From a virus (Duplodnaviria > Caudoviricetes), in the IMG/VR virus record IMGVR_UViG_3300045526_000235, positions 1 to 64,000 of that record: a stretch of DNA of 64,000 nt. One strand, given 5' to 3'. Below the pieces are notes generated by a model. That model made no database searches, had not been told where the DNA came from, and worked only from the letters and a program-made list of their open reading frames with translations. Positions within the stretch are counted from its first letter, which is position 1, and each line of letters begins with the position of its first letter. The position numbers were made by a program, and so were the translations under genes. Positions 51,543 to 60,962 of the stretch are shown here, piece after piece.

Positions 51543-53900
51543 TTAATCGTGAGCTTTAATCATTACATAGCCAGCAGTTACGCCAACTCCAGCAGTACTA
51601 ACGCGAGCACGAAGCAACGCAGCATTTAAATCTGTAACAGTTAGCTGGACAGTGCTACTCGCCACTGCAGTCAGAGGCGTACCAATGGAATACCATGATG
51701 CACCATTATCATCACTACCTTCAAGCTGCAACGCAGGGGCAGTAGTCGTAATAGCGCCAACATTAACTACTAATTGAACACGGTTTCCAGTGTCGCGAGC
51801 ATCAAGACTAGGAGTGGTGCTATTGAGCGTAGTAAGCACGATAGTGCGATCAATTAACTGCCTCACTGCTTCGTTGTTTGTATTGGACTGCAGTCGGTTA
51901 ATAGAACGCGTGAAGCTTGGACTAGATCCACCAATGGTCTGCACGTAGCGAATTCGGTTACCAGTGAGACGCATAATTGGAGAGCGATATGATCCCGTTG
52001 CTGTAATACGCGGAAAATCATATACTTTGAACCAGTTGGTTCCAGAATCATCCGATTCTTCAATACTTACGTCATAAGTTTGGTTTGTTCCGCTTGTTGC
52101 AGTGACAGCAATATTGACGCTATATGCTGTACCAAAGGCTGGGGTGATTGCAGATCCTGTGCCTGTTGTAGTTATTGCCGACGATGCTACGTCCGCCACG
52201 GTTGTTGGCAACGATAATCCAACCGTCCAAGTGCCACTTTGAGCAGAGTTAATAGTGCTAGTCACTTGTACCGGCACTGATGCTGCAATGGCACTGTTCG
52301 GCTGCACCTCCACTCGTTCACGAATATAATCAAACAAACGAACAAAACTTAAACGCGCATCAGTTCTTTTAATGACTGTTCCGCCGGCATTGGTTGTAGC
52401 AAAACTTGCAGGCAAGACGGTGTTGCCAATGGGAAGAAGGACAATGGTAGTAGTAGAAACAAGCGCTACTTTATAGGCGCCATCAACGCCTAATGTTGCT
52501 CCAGTTGAAATATCACGACAACCATAAACATTCACATAATCGCCAACTAACCATGACCAGTTAGTGTTTCCAACCAATGTAAGAGCGGAACCATCATTTG
52601 TCGCTGATTGAACGGCAACAGTAATAAATGCTGCAGGAATATTTCCTCCCTGCACTCGCGCCACCATCCCCCCATAGCTTGTAGCAGTGGCGGACGCACC
52701 AAAAGAAATGGTAAAAGAAGTGGAGTCGATAACAGAAGCAACTGCAGTGGCAGTCGTTAGGTTTGCAAAATTGGTTTGATCGCGAATGCCATAAATGACA
52801 ATTTGATCGCCAGTGGTAAGTCCGTGTGCTGTAGCCGTTGTAATTGTTGTGATAGTAGAGGCACTTTTAGTTGCAGAAACGATTTCAGCAGTTGGAACAG
52901 TAAGCCCTTTGTTGTTGCTAAAGCGAAAACGCAATTTATATTGTTTTGTAAAATCAGGAATAACTTGCGTGCGCAGCAATCTGGTGCTCATGGCAGCCGT
53001 TGCGTCAACAACAACATCCTGGAACTGAGCGCGATCTGCCTGTAATAAATATCTGTATTCGGAGGTAGGTAACCATGCATAAGAATACGCAGCATTAACG
53101 CCTTGCGTTCCCGCTGTAGTGGCGGATGTCACTCCATGAATGCCACTGGCAACGTTAGATGGTAAAACATCGCCACTATTGGAACGAACATAGTAAGAAG
53201 AGTTGGTCGCTGTAGCATTTTCAAAAATCTGAGACACGCCATCTTTTGCATATCCCAAAGCCGAACGATAATAAACATTGCCACTAGCAAAAGGACCCGC
53301 AGTAACTGACGGCAAAGAACCACCAGGGCCAGCAGTGCAAGTGAATTGAGTGGCAGATGGAATGGTTGCTACAACTAAAGAAGGATAATTAAAACGACTA
53401 TCACTTACGCCATAAATGCCAATTCGTTTGCCTGGAACAAGGCCATGCGGATCGTTAGTATTGACAGTTAAAATTGTAGTGGACTGAGAAATACCGCTAA
53501 TTGTAATTTCAGAAGGCGGAGATAACGGCGCGTCGGAGCTTACAATTTCCACTGACAGCTCTTGACCAAGAACACGCTGAGACATTCCAAGTCCAACAGC
53601 GGCCTCCAATGGCATGGCGTAAGTGGAAATAGTCTCCAATGTCGTCTCCGAGCCAGCAATAAACGGACTCTTAGAAATAACTAAATACGAAGCTGATACG
53701 GCATTCCCGTCCAGGGCAATAATATCATCAGTGCCAGAAGAAAGAATCCAGTTTGTTCCAGGAACAAAAGTCTCAAAGGATTCCCTAAACTTTGTCGTAA
53801 TATTAGAAGGATAGACGCTAACACCACTAGCAATGGCGGCATTGATTCCAGAGGCAGTGCTTTCTAATGCAAGATCAGCAAACGCATTACGAAGAGCCAT
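51543..53900 (-). CDS. large tail spike / fibre protein
   Basis: 785 aa, Thr/Ser-rich, two HGLxxG repeats. Confidence 0.7.
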   Translation of the reverse strand: MALRNAFADLALESTASGINAAIASGVSVYPSNITTKFRESFETFVPGTNWILSSGTDDIIALDGNAVSASYLVISKSPFIAGSETTLETISTYAMPLEAAVGLGMSQRVLGQELSVEIVSSDAPLSPPSEITISGISQSTTILTVNTNDPHGLVPGKRIGIYGVSDSRFNYPSLVVATIPSATQFTCTAGPGGSLPSVTAGPFASGNVYYRSALGYAKDGVSQIFENATATNSSYYVRSNSGDVLPSNVASGIHGVTSATTAGTQGVNAAYSYAWLPTSEYRYLLQADRAQFQDVVVDATAAMSTRLLRTQVIPDFTKQYKLRFRFSNNKGLTVPTAEIVSATKSASTITTITTATAHGLTTGDQIVIYGIRDQTNFANLTTATAVASVIDSTSFTISFGASATATSYGGMVARVQGGNIPAAFITVAVQSATNDGSALTLVGNTNWSWLVGDYVNVYGCRDISTGATLGVDGAYKVALVSTTTIVLLPIGNTVLPASFATTNAGGTVIKRTDARLSFVRLFDYIRERVEVQPNSAIAASVPVQVTSTINSAQSGTWTVGLSLPTTVADVASSAITTTGTGSAITPAFGTAYSVNIAVTATSGTNQTYDVSIEESDDSGTNWFKVYDFPRITATGSYRSPIMRLTGNRIRYVQTIGGSSPSFTRSINRLQSNTNNEAVRQLIDRTIVLTTLNSTTPSLDARDTGNRVQLVVNVGAITTTAPALQLEGSDDNGASWYSIGTPLTAVASSTVQLTVTDLNAALLRARVSTAGVGVTAGYVMIKAHD

Positions 53901-53902
53901 AA

Positions 53903-54193
53903 TTAAACACCATCCTCAATCCAAAGAGTTAAATCGCCGCCGCTAGTGTCAAACCAAGCATACTTAGTGTAGCCTACATAGTCTTGCGGAGTAGGAGCCG
54001 TATCTTGTATAAAAGTGGGAATGCCTTTTAACGGACCAGTGGCACCTTGCATGCCCTTTGTGGTGGCAAGAATTAATGCGGGATCCGCTGAAATATTCTC
54101 AATAAGAACAGAATTGTCTGAAACATTTAGAGCTTCACTACTAATAAGAATTGTCTCATTTTGAGAAGCTTTAATAATGACTACTTCATCCAT
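53903..54193 (-). CDS. short fibre linker
   Basis: GMQGATGP; PTFIQDTAPT...WFDTSGGDLTLWIEDG. Confidence 0.65.
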   Translation of the reverse strand: MDEVVIIKASQNETILISSEALNVSDNSVLIENISADPALILATTKGMQGATGPLKGIPTFIQDTAPTPQDYVGYTKYAWFDTSGGDLTLWIEDGV

Positions 54194-54196
54194 GGC

Positions 54197-54769
54197 TTAG
54201 TTCCTAGAACGAGTGAGCTGTACAGTCATCGTGCCAGTAAGCCAGTAATAGCGCTCTCCTCCAGGCGTCGTCAGGCTCACGTCATAGCCAAACTGCCCAG
54301 CTTCAAACCCGGAAGTAGTAGCAGGCGTCAGTTCCAGCCCAAACAAACCATTTGTAGGATCATCTAACGTGCAACTAAAAGTGCCAATATACACATTGGT
54401 ATTTACATCGCGAATGTCTGAATCAACGATGTAACCAGTTAAATTGACAGGAGTGCCAACATAATTTGTGCCTCCAGCAGTACCGCTCAAAGAAAGCGAT
54501 GCGCCTCCCATTGTCCCGCTCACCGCAAATTCGTTAGCAGTGAGTCCGCTTGAAATGACATAGTAAATAGTATTGTCCGCCATGCCTTGCGGAAGTGTTC
54601 CGCCAGCAAAAACAACCTTTTGATCTTCCGTGAAACCATGCCCGCTAGCAGTGAAGGTATTGCTTGCAACATTAGGGACAACAGTTTTTTGATTTTCAGT
54701 TGCCCTAAACTGATTTTTCCATGTGGCATTTTGCAACACCACAATATTGTAAGTGGCAGGATAAATCAT
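54197..54769 (-). CDS. fibre attachment / adaptor protein, paralogue of 49930-50268 with an inserted domain
   Basis: YNIVVLQNATW...PVNLTGY...GYDVSLTTPGG...LTG. Confidence 0.7.
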   Translation of the reverse strand: MIYPATYNIVVLQNATWKNQFRATENQKTVVPNVASNTFTASGHGFTEDQKVVFAGGTLPQGMADNTIYYVISSGLTANEFAVSGTMGGASLSLSGTAGGTNYVGTPVNLTGYIVDSDIRDVNTNVYIGTFSCTLDDPTNGLFGLELTPATTSGFEAGQFGYDVSLTTPGGERYYWLTGTMTVQLTRSRN

Positions 54770-54816
54770 TATCCATTTCCATCGTTTGCTCAATTATAGC
54801 CATTTAATGATTGCAT

Positions 54817-54840
54817 AAAAAAAGGAGGCTTGGCCTCCTT
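54817..54840 (-). terminator. intrinsic terminator
   Basis: AAGGAGGC-caa-GCCTCCTT followed by a T tract on the minus strand. Confidence 0.7.
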
Positions 54841-54843
54841 GAA

Positions 54844-54978
54844 TTATTTGCCTTGCCCTCGCAAAAGTTTGCGACCATGACTCGGCTTACTATGTTTGCC
54901 CTGTCCTTGTCGCGTTAGTTTGGGGGGTTTGCTTTTGTGCTCAATGCGACCGAGAGCGGTTTTGCTTTTAACTGCCAT
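54844..54978 (-). CDS. small basic RGQGK-type peptide (44 aa)
   Basis: Hand translation MAVKSKTALGRIEHKSKPPKLTRQGQGKHSKPSHGRKLLRGQGK. Confidence 0.6.
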   Translation of the reverse strand: MAVKSKTALGRIEHKSKPPKLTRQGQGKHSKPSHGRKLLRGQGK

Positions 54979-55002
54979 GAGATCAATGCAGAAAGCAAGA
55001 TT

Positions 55003-55317
55003 TTAGCCTTGCCAAGGCAAACCAGTGCCTACAGAAGGCGCTTTTTGTTCATCTAACTGTTTTTGCAGGGCGCTTTCGATTTCCTCCACCTTTTCTTCAG
55101 TGAGTTTTTGCTGCACCCATTCCACGCAAATGTCCTCCTCTAAATCAGCAAAAGCAATCATTTCTTCTTCGTCGGCGGGTTCCAGACCGACGCTGCCATA
55201 TGCACCAGCACGATACGTGCCATCAAAAGCATCAACCGTGTAATGAAGCACTGAGATCATGCCATTCGCGAGAGTGCGTTCAGCGTTAGCGATTTTCCAA
55301 GTGAAAGTAGTAGCCAT
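55003..55317 (-). CDS. fibre-associated protein (TWKI...HYTV...GSVGL family)
   Basis: Typical small gene after cyanophage-type tail fibres; ends in GLPW. Confidence 0.7.
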   Translation of the reverse strand: MATTFTWKIANAERTLANGMISVLHYTVDAFDGTYRAGAYGSVGLEPADEEEMIAFADLEEDICVEWVQQKLTEEKVEEIESALQKQLDEQKAPSVGTGLPWQG

Positions 55318-55403
55318 GGTAAAGAATGAGCTCTAAATAATTGTAAAGGGAAAAACAAGGGCAGCCATTACTGAAAACCGCCCATTATTAACAAGAGTGA
55401 CAA

Positions 55404-55628
55404 TCACTCAAGCAAAGCCTTGAGGTCATTGATGGTCAAGCCAATTGCAGCTAATTTTTCTTCTGGCGTTAGCTCGGGCACGGGCTCAGGCTCAGGAGCA
55501 GGTAAAGGGGTGTTGCCTTCGTCGAGCCAGGCTTGATAGGCGGCGTAGTCGGTGTTGGCGGGGTCGGGTGGGATGAAGGCGTTGTCGGAGAGGCGGAGGA
55601 TGGTGTCGCTGGTGGTGAGTTGGTACAT
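55404..55628 (-). CDS. tail fibre assembly chaperone-like protein
   Basis: FIPPDPANTDYAAYQAWLDEGNTP...LTPEEKLAAIGLTINDLKALL. Confidence 0.75.
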   Translation of the reverse strand: MYQLTTSDTILRLSDNAFIPPDPANTDYAAYQAWLDEGNTPLPAPEPEPVPELTPEEKLAAIGLTINDLKALLE

Positions 55629-55653
55629 GGCGTTAATCATGATTGATCGTGTG

Positions 55654-58600
55654 TCATATCTCGGCGTTGGCTTCGTAGCCAACAACCATATTGATAGAGC
55701 CAGCCGCATTTGCATTAGTAAACAAGCCGAACATTGTTACGTTTACAAATTCTGCGTTTTGCCCGGTTACGTTATTTCCCATCATGTTGTTAAATGAAAT
55801 TGTTGGCGCGACTCTCATTTGCTGAGGGTAATAAGCGGTACCTATGCGCTGAGGCCCAGGACCAGGAGCATAGCCCCAGCCGTAAATTGAGCTTCTATGA
55901 TAATACCTCTGACACAACGCCAATTCCTGCCCAATAGGTCGCTGTTCAAACGGAGTGACAACGGTACCAGCTTCAAGCTGTACGCCTGTTACCTGCCAAG
56001 TGGCATTAAGGGTTGAAATGACACGCACAGAACCAGGCGCTCTGTAGAAATTACCATTTGTCCATACGTTTGCTGCTAGTTCCCAATTTGACCCAGAACC
56101 CATATCAAAGAGCAATGCCAATCCTTGCTCATCGTTTCTGTTAGGACCAAAGTCGGTAGTATCTGCGCTAATCATCACTGCCTTCTGTTCCCACTGATTA
56201 GCACTATTAACCGTGTACGTAAACACGTAGGTACGATATGTTTGACCAACACCCGAGCCTGCCGTTTGGCGCACCATGCCTGAATAAGTGCCAGTTAATG
56301 ATGCTTTGACATAAAAAGACACTACAAACGGCTTTGATGCTGCGCCCCTAAATAGGTCTGATATGTTGTAACCTTCAATGGGCTGATAGACATACGATTC
56401 ATTGGCTGCTGACGGGGTTGCTTTAGCGTTAGTTGTTGTCCATTTCAAGGAATAAACTAATCCAGCAGGATGACTTTCCGAGACTTGCTGAACGGTAGCA
56501 GTGCCACTGCCAACGCCATTGGCCGCTGTCGCAAGAAAGCGATCTAACGTATATCCGCCACTATTGTTGAATGCCACCCCCGATGCCCCATATCTTTGAC
56601 TGATTCGCATGTCACCATTGATGATGCGATTTCGCATGCCAGCAAATTGTCCGCCGTTCAACGAAACCGCTTCCATGTCGCCAATGACTTTTGCATCACC
56701 ATTCACTTGCAACTTGGCGGCGCCCAATGCTGTTGTTGTTCCAATGAGCATTATTCCAGAAGGATTAATGCGGGCATATTCTCCTGTTGTTCCTGCTGCA
56801 ATAAATGGAGTAACGCCAGAAGCAGCCGTCACATGAAGAGTGCCACTTGCATTGTTATTGCCAATACCCACTCGACCACCGGTTGCCTCGTGGAAATAAG
56901 TTCTATTTAACGTTGAGTCTGTGTTCGATGAGAAGAACCTTGCGACAGTATCATTATTGAGACCAATGATGCGGAAATTTTTGGCTCCAGTGTTGTCTTT
57001 TAATGCAAGTTCAGCGTTGGTGCCAGAGCCAAGTTGGAGCCATGTCCAGGCACGTTCAGTAGAAAAACGTAAGATTTCTGTGCCAGAGCCAGTGGCTGCA
57101 ATGTCTAGTCTTGCTGCAGGAGACGTAGTATTGATGCCAACAAAACCACTGCTTGTAATCCGTAAACGCTCCAATGGGGATGCACCACTTAATGGGGTGG
57201 TCCAAAGACTTAAGGCCCCAGGAACACTGCCACTTGCCGGCGCACCATCGACAATTCCGCGAATGCGAACTGCATGGCTATTTAAGGTGTTACCATCATC
57301 CCCCAGGAAATCAATGTCAGCAATTATGTCATTATTTTGAACAATTACACCAGGCGTAGTTGTCGTGTTTCGGCTTTTCGCAAACTTAAGAGTAGTCGCA
57401 TTTGCGTCATTATTGTATCTTGCAATACTTATAGAAGCACCATTGCTGGTTGTTAGGTGATTTAATTGCACGCCGGCAGTAATGCCTCCAACTGTTGTTG
57501 CTGTTGAGCTTCCATGCAGGAGTCTTCCAAAACTGTCAAACCTTGCTTTCTCCGTGCCGCCGTTGGCAAAGATGAAGTTGTTGCTGGCGAAGTATGAATC
57601 CGCCGTACCATTGGTATAGAAATTCCAGCGACCAGTGCCAGACGGAATATTGCTATAAAAACCGTAGTTATTAGTTGCGCCAACTAAACTGCTACCAGCA
57701 GTAAAGCCATATTGATTGGTTACAGTTGATCCTGCTCCCAAAGTGCCTTGTGCTGCGTGATAATGTAATAAACCTGTCAACGTAAAAGCGGCTGCTTGCG
57801 TGCCTGCTGTTGAAGCAAAGTAAGAAACGCTATTCGTGACATCCGACTGAACAATTCCTTGCGTCACCACGCCATAGCCATTAATCGCCCCAGTGATATT
57901 TTTGGCAATGAACAATGAGTAACTTGGCGATGTGCCAACACTTCCAATGGCGATATTTCCAGCGCTATCAATTCGCAGCCGCTCTACAGGCGTTGCTGAA
58001 CCTGATGGCGTGGTGCTGAAAATTAGACGACCTGGCACAGAGCCGGATGCTGTAGTGCCGTCTGCTTGACCTTCAACAACTGCCGCCCTGATAAAACCTG
58101 CATCAGTTCCAACAGCTCGACCGTCAGAACCGAGGAAGACAACACGCCCTAACGAATCTCCATTGGCCACTAAGCCTTGCGCATCCAGACTTCCACGACT
58201 CCTTCCAAGCAGAAGATTTGGAGCAACAGTTGCGGTCGTCGAATAAGCACTCCAAAAGGCACTTGCTTCAGCTTGTCCTGTGGCTCGTTGCTGATATTGG
58301 CTGTTTCCAATGGTTGAGGAGCTTAATGGCGTTGCAATGCTTGTGCTCGTCCCAATTAACAAGCGGCCAGATCCATCAACTCGGGCGCGTTCAGTGCCAG
58401 CATTAGCAAAAATAAAATTGTTGCTAGCAAAGTAGCTATCAGCGGTGCCGTTCGCATAGAAATTCCAGCGACCAGTGGCACTTGCAAGATTGCTATAAAA
58501 ACCGTAGTTATTAGTGGCTCCGGATAGAGTGCTAGCCGCGTTAAATCCATACTGGTTTGTAACAGTGGATCCAGATCCAATTGTTGTTTGACTAGCGTTG

Positions 58601-60903
58601 TAATGTACTAAATTAGCTAGCGTAAAAGATGCAGCTTGTGTCCCAAGAACGCAGGCATAACCATAGGCGGTAGAAGTGACGCCGCTTAAAGCGTCAACAT
58701 TGACATAGTTTGCGTAAGCAGTAGTGGCTCCTGTAATATCCTTTTGATTGTAAAAACCTACGGCTGCGCTTCCGTTTCCGCCAAAGCCAATATTGCCATC
58801 GCTTCTAATGCGCAGATACTCCACAGGCGACGCCGAACCTGAGGGAGTGGCGCTAAAAACTAATCGAGTGGGAGCTGAGTTTGTGCCAAATGACGCGTCA
58901 CTAACAAAATCGATACGCCCGCCTTCTACAAAAGTCGTCCCGTCAGATCCTGCTGCAGTAATTCTCCCCAAAGGAATTCCTCCAGTTAATACGCCTTGAG
59001 TGCCTAGCGTTGTCCCAAGAGACCTTGCAAAAGCGATTGAAGGAGAAACGGAACTAGCGTTAGAAAACTGAGCAATTAACTTTGTGGAAGTATTACCATC
59101 GGTTCCCGCTAGTTGATCTCTACAACTTCCATAGGAAAGCCCGGCAATATTTGTAGTAATTGAAGTGCTTGTCCCAATCAACAAGCGGCCGGTTGAGTCA
59201 ATGCGAGCACGCTCAGTATTGCTTGTATAAAAAGCAACTGTGTTTGTTGTTGGAATGTCTAAGCGAGTATTTTCGTCATTGAATTCAATTCCCGAATTTA
59301 ACCCGCCGCCCACGCGAACACGAGCTCCAGAAGCGTTTTCAACATGCAAATTAGTAACAGGTGCGGATGTTCCAATGCCAATAAAACCACTACTTGTAAT
59401 CCGCATCCGCTCTGTAGGGCTACTAGAACCATTGGCAGTTGTGCTAAATAACAGCCGACAAGGCATATCATTTGCGCCAGGGGTGCCGTCTACTGCAGAA
59501 CTAATCTCAGCACCGCGTATGTAGTTAGTTCCATCATTGCCACGGAACGTGATGCCACCAAGATTGTTGCTATCTGCAACTGCGGCCCCAGCATTGCTTC
59601 GCGCAATCCAAAAATATGCAGCATCGTTAGATGAAATTAATTGTGCATTTGGTTGCGTGGTGCCAGTACTGGATCCTATCTGTAGGCTTCCTCCTAAAAT
59701 ACTAGAGCTCGTCCCCACCAGTAATCTGCCTGATGAATCCACGCGTGCTCTTTCAGTGCCGCCATTAGCAAAGATGAAATTATTGCTAACGAAATACGAA
59801 TCAGCAGTGCCAGCAGCAAAAAAGGCAAAATTACCAGTGCCTCCCGGAACTGCACTATAAAAGCCATAGTTATTAGTAGCGCCACTAAAAGCGGCGCTAG
59901 CATAAAATCCCATTTGACTGGTCACAGTGGCACCACTGCCGAATGCCCCTGGGATTGCGTTGAAATGCCTTAATTCTTGAACTGTAAAACTGCCACTAGA
60001 AACGCTCGGGTTGCTTGAAAATACTTGGGGAGCGGTAATTGCATCATTCTGAACCACGGGTGTTCCCAGAATTGACACTGGGCTCACTGATCCAGTGAGA
60101 GCATTGGCAAAGCGAATGCTGGCGCCAGAGGCACCACCTGCAGTAGTTGTACTGCCAATTGCCACAGCGCCGGTAGATCCAATTCGTAAACGCTCAACCG
60201 AATTAGTAGAAATACCTACGCCATTAGTCGCTGGCAAAAATAAACCATTAGCGGGTGTAGTGGTACTTGTAGGAATAAAAGAACCACCAGTAATACTGCC
60301 AGTCGTTACTGCATTTTGACTCCCGAAATTAGGACTAATCTTGGTGCCAGCAATGGCTGCACTAGCGTTTACATCGGCGTCAATGATCGTTCCACTGGCA
60401 ATCATCGCGCTGGTAACAGTACCAGTATCGCCAGTAGTGATAACAGTACCAGTAATATTTGGAAAGGTAATTGTTTGATCGGCCGTAGGATTTGCAACTG
60501 TCAATGTGGTTTCAAAGCCATCATCAACACTGCCTTCAAAAACAATATTTGCATTAACGCCCATGACCAGCGGACCGGTCATTGTATCGCCAGACGCATT
60601 AATAAAATCATTCGCGCTGCTGCGCCAATCACTACCATCCCAAGTTTTAATTAAATAATTACCACCACTAGTATCTAACCATTGTTCGCCAATTGTATTA
60701 CCAGATGCACCACCACTTGCAGGCGAAGCATTAGGGGCTCCACTGCCAACATGCACAGGACCAACTTTTACAAGCCTGTTTGCACTGTCAACAAAAAACA
60801 AGCCTGGACTACCGCTAGCCGTATTAAGAGCTATTTGCCCAGCGGCCATGCCCGAAGGTTGAGGACGCTTGTTCGCAGTGGACGACCGAAGATGCTTAAG
60901 CAT
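55654..60903 (-). CDS. long tail fibre (1749 aa) with large internal repeats
   Basis: Mtd-N-like start; many ER.RI.S.G.(I/L)LIGT repeats; C-terminal RNRIINGDM...QLEAG..TPFE.R...ELALCQRYY domain. Confidence 0.88.
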   Translation of the reverse strand: MLKHLRSSTANKRPQPSGMAAGQIALNTASGSPGLFFVDSANRLVKVGPVHVGSGAPNASPASGGASGNTIGEQWLDTSGGNYLIKTWDGSDWRSSANDFINASGDTMTGPLVMGVNANIVFEGSVDDGFETTLTVANPTADQTITFPNITGTVITTGDTGTVTSAMIASGTIIDADVNASAAIAGTKISPNFGSQNAVTTGSITGGSFIPTSTTTPANGLFLPATNGVGISTNSVERLRIGSTGAVAIGSTTTAGGASGASIRFANALTGSVSPVSILGTPVVQNDAITAPQVFSSNPSVSSGSFTVQELRHFNAIPGAFGSGATVTSQMGFYASAAFSGATNNYGFYSAVPGGTGNFAFFAAGTADSYFVSNNFIFANGGTERARVDSSGRLLVGTSSSILGGSLQIGSSTGTTQPNAQLISSNDAAYFWIARSNAGAAVADSNNLGGITFRGNDGTNYIRGAEISSAVDGTPGANDMPCRLLFSTTANGSSSPTERMRITSSGFIGIGTSAPVTNLHVENASGARVRVGGGLNSGIEFNDENTRLDIPTTNTVAFYTSNTERARIDSTGRLLIGTSTSITTNIAGLSYGSCRDQLAGTDGNTSTKLIAQFSNASSVSPSIAFARSLGTTLGTQGVLTGGIPLGRITAAGSDGTTFVEGGRIDFVSDASFGTNSAPTRLVFSATPSGSASPVEYLRIRSDGNIGFGGNGSAAVGFYNQKDITGATTAYANYVNVDALSGVTSTAYGYACVLGTQAASFTLANLVHYNASQTTIGSGSTVTNQYGFNAASTLSGATNNYGFYSNLASATGRWNFYANGTADSYFASNNFIFANAGTERARVDGSGRLLIGTSTSIATPLSSSTIGNSQYQQRATGQAEASAFWSAYSTTATVAPNLLLGRSRGSLDAQGLVANGDSLGRVVFLGSDGRAVGTDAGFIRAAVVEGQADGTTASGSVPGRLIFSTTPSGSATPVERLRIDSAGNIAIGSVGTSPSYSLFIAKNITGAINGYGVVTQGIVQSDVTNSVSYFASTAGTQAAAFTLTGLLHYHAAQGTLGAGSTVTNQYGFTAGSSLVGATNNYGFYSNIPSGTGRWNFYTNGTADSYFASNNFIFANGGTEKARFDSFGRLLHGSSTATTVGGITAGVQLNHLTTSNGASISIARYNNDANATTLKFAKSRNTTTTPGVIVQNNDIIADIDFLGDDGNTLNSHAVRIRGIVDGAPASGSVPGALSLWTTPLSGASPLERLRITSSGFVGINTTSPAARLDIAATGSGTEILRFSTERAWTWLQLGSGTNAELALKDNTGAKNFRIIGLNNDTVARFFSSNTDSTLNRTYFHEATGGRVGIGNNNASGTLHVTAASGVTPFIAAGTTGEYARINPSGIMLIGTTTALGAAKLQVNGDAKVIGDMEAVSLNGGQFAGMRNRIINGDMRISQRYGASGVAFNNSGGYTLDRFLATAANGVGSGTATVQQVSESHPAGLVYSLKWTTTNAKATPSAANESYVYQPIEGYNISDLFRGAASKPFVVSFYVKASLTGTYSGMVRQTAGSGVGQTYRTYVFTYTVNSANQWEQKAVMISADTTDFGPNRNDEQGLALLFDMGSGSNWELAANVWTNGNFYRAPGSVRVISTLNATWQVTGVQLEAGTVVTPFEQRPIGQELALCQRYYHRSSIYGWGYAPGPGPQRIGTAYYPQQMRVAPTISFNNMMGNNVTGQNAEFVNVTMFGLFTNANAAGSINMVVGYEANAEI

Positions 60904-60962
60904 GATGCCTCTTAACGTCTATAAAGACCGAGAATTATCTTTATAGAGTCTAAAGACACTAA

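Noticed and set aside
55654-60903. Diversity-generating retroelement acting on the tail fibre
   Set aside because: No reverse transcriptase in the window, and the repeats are in-frame coding repeats not restricted to adenine differences
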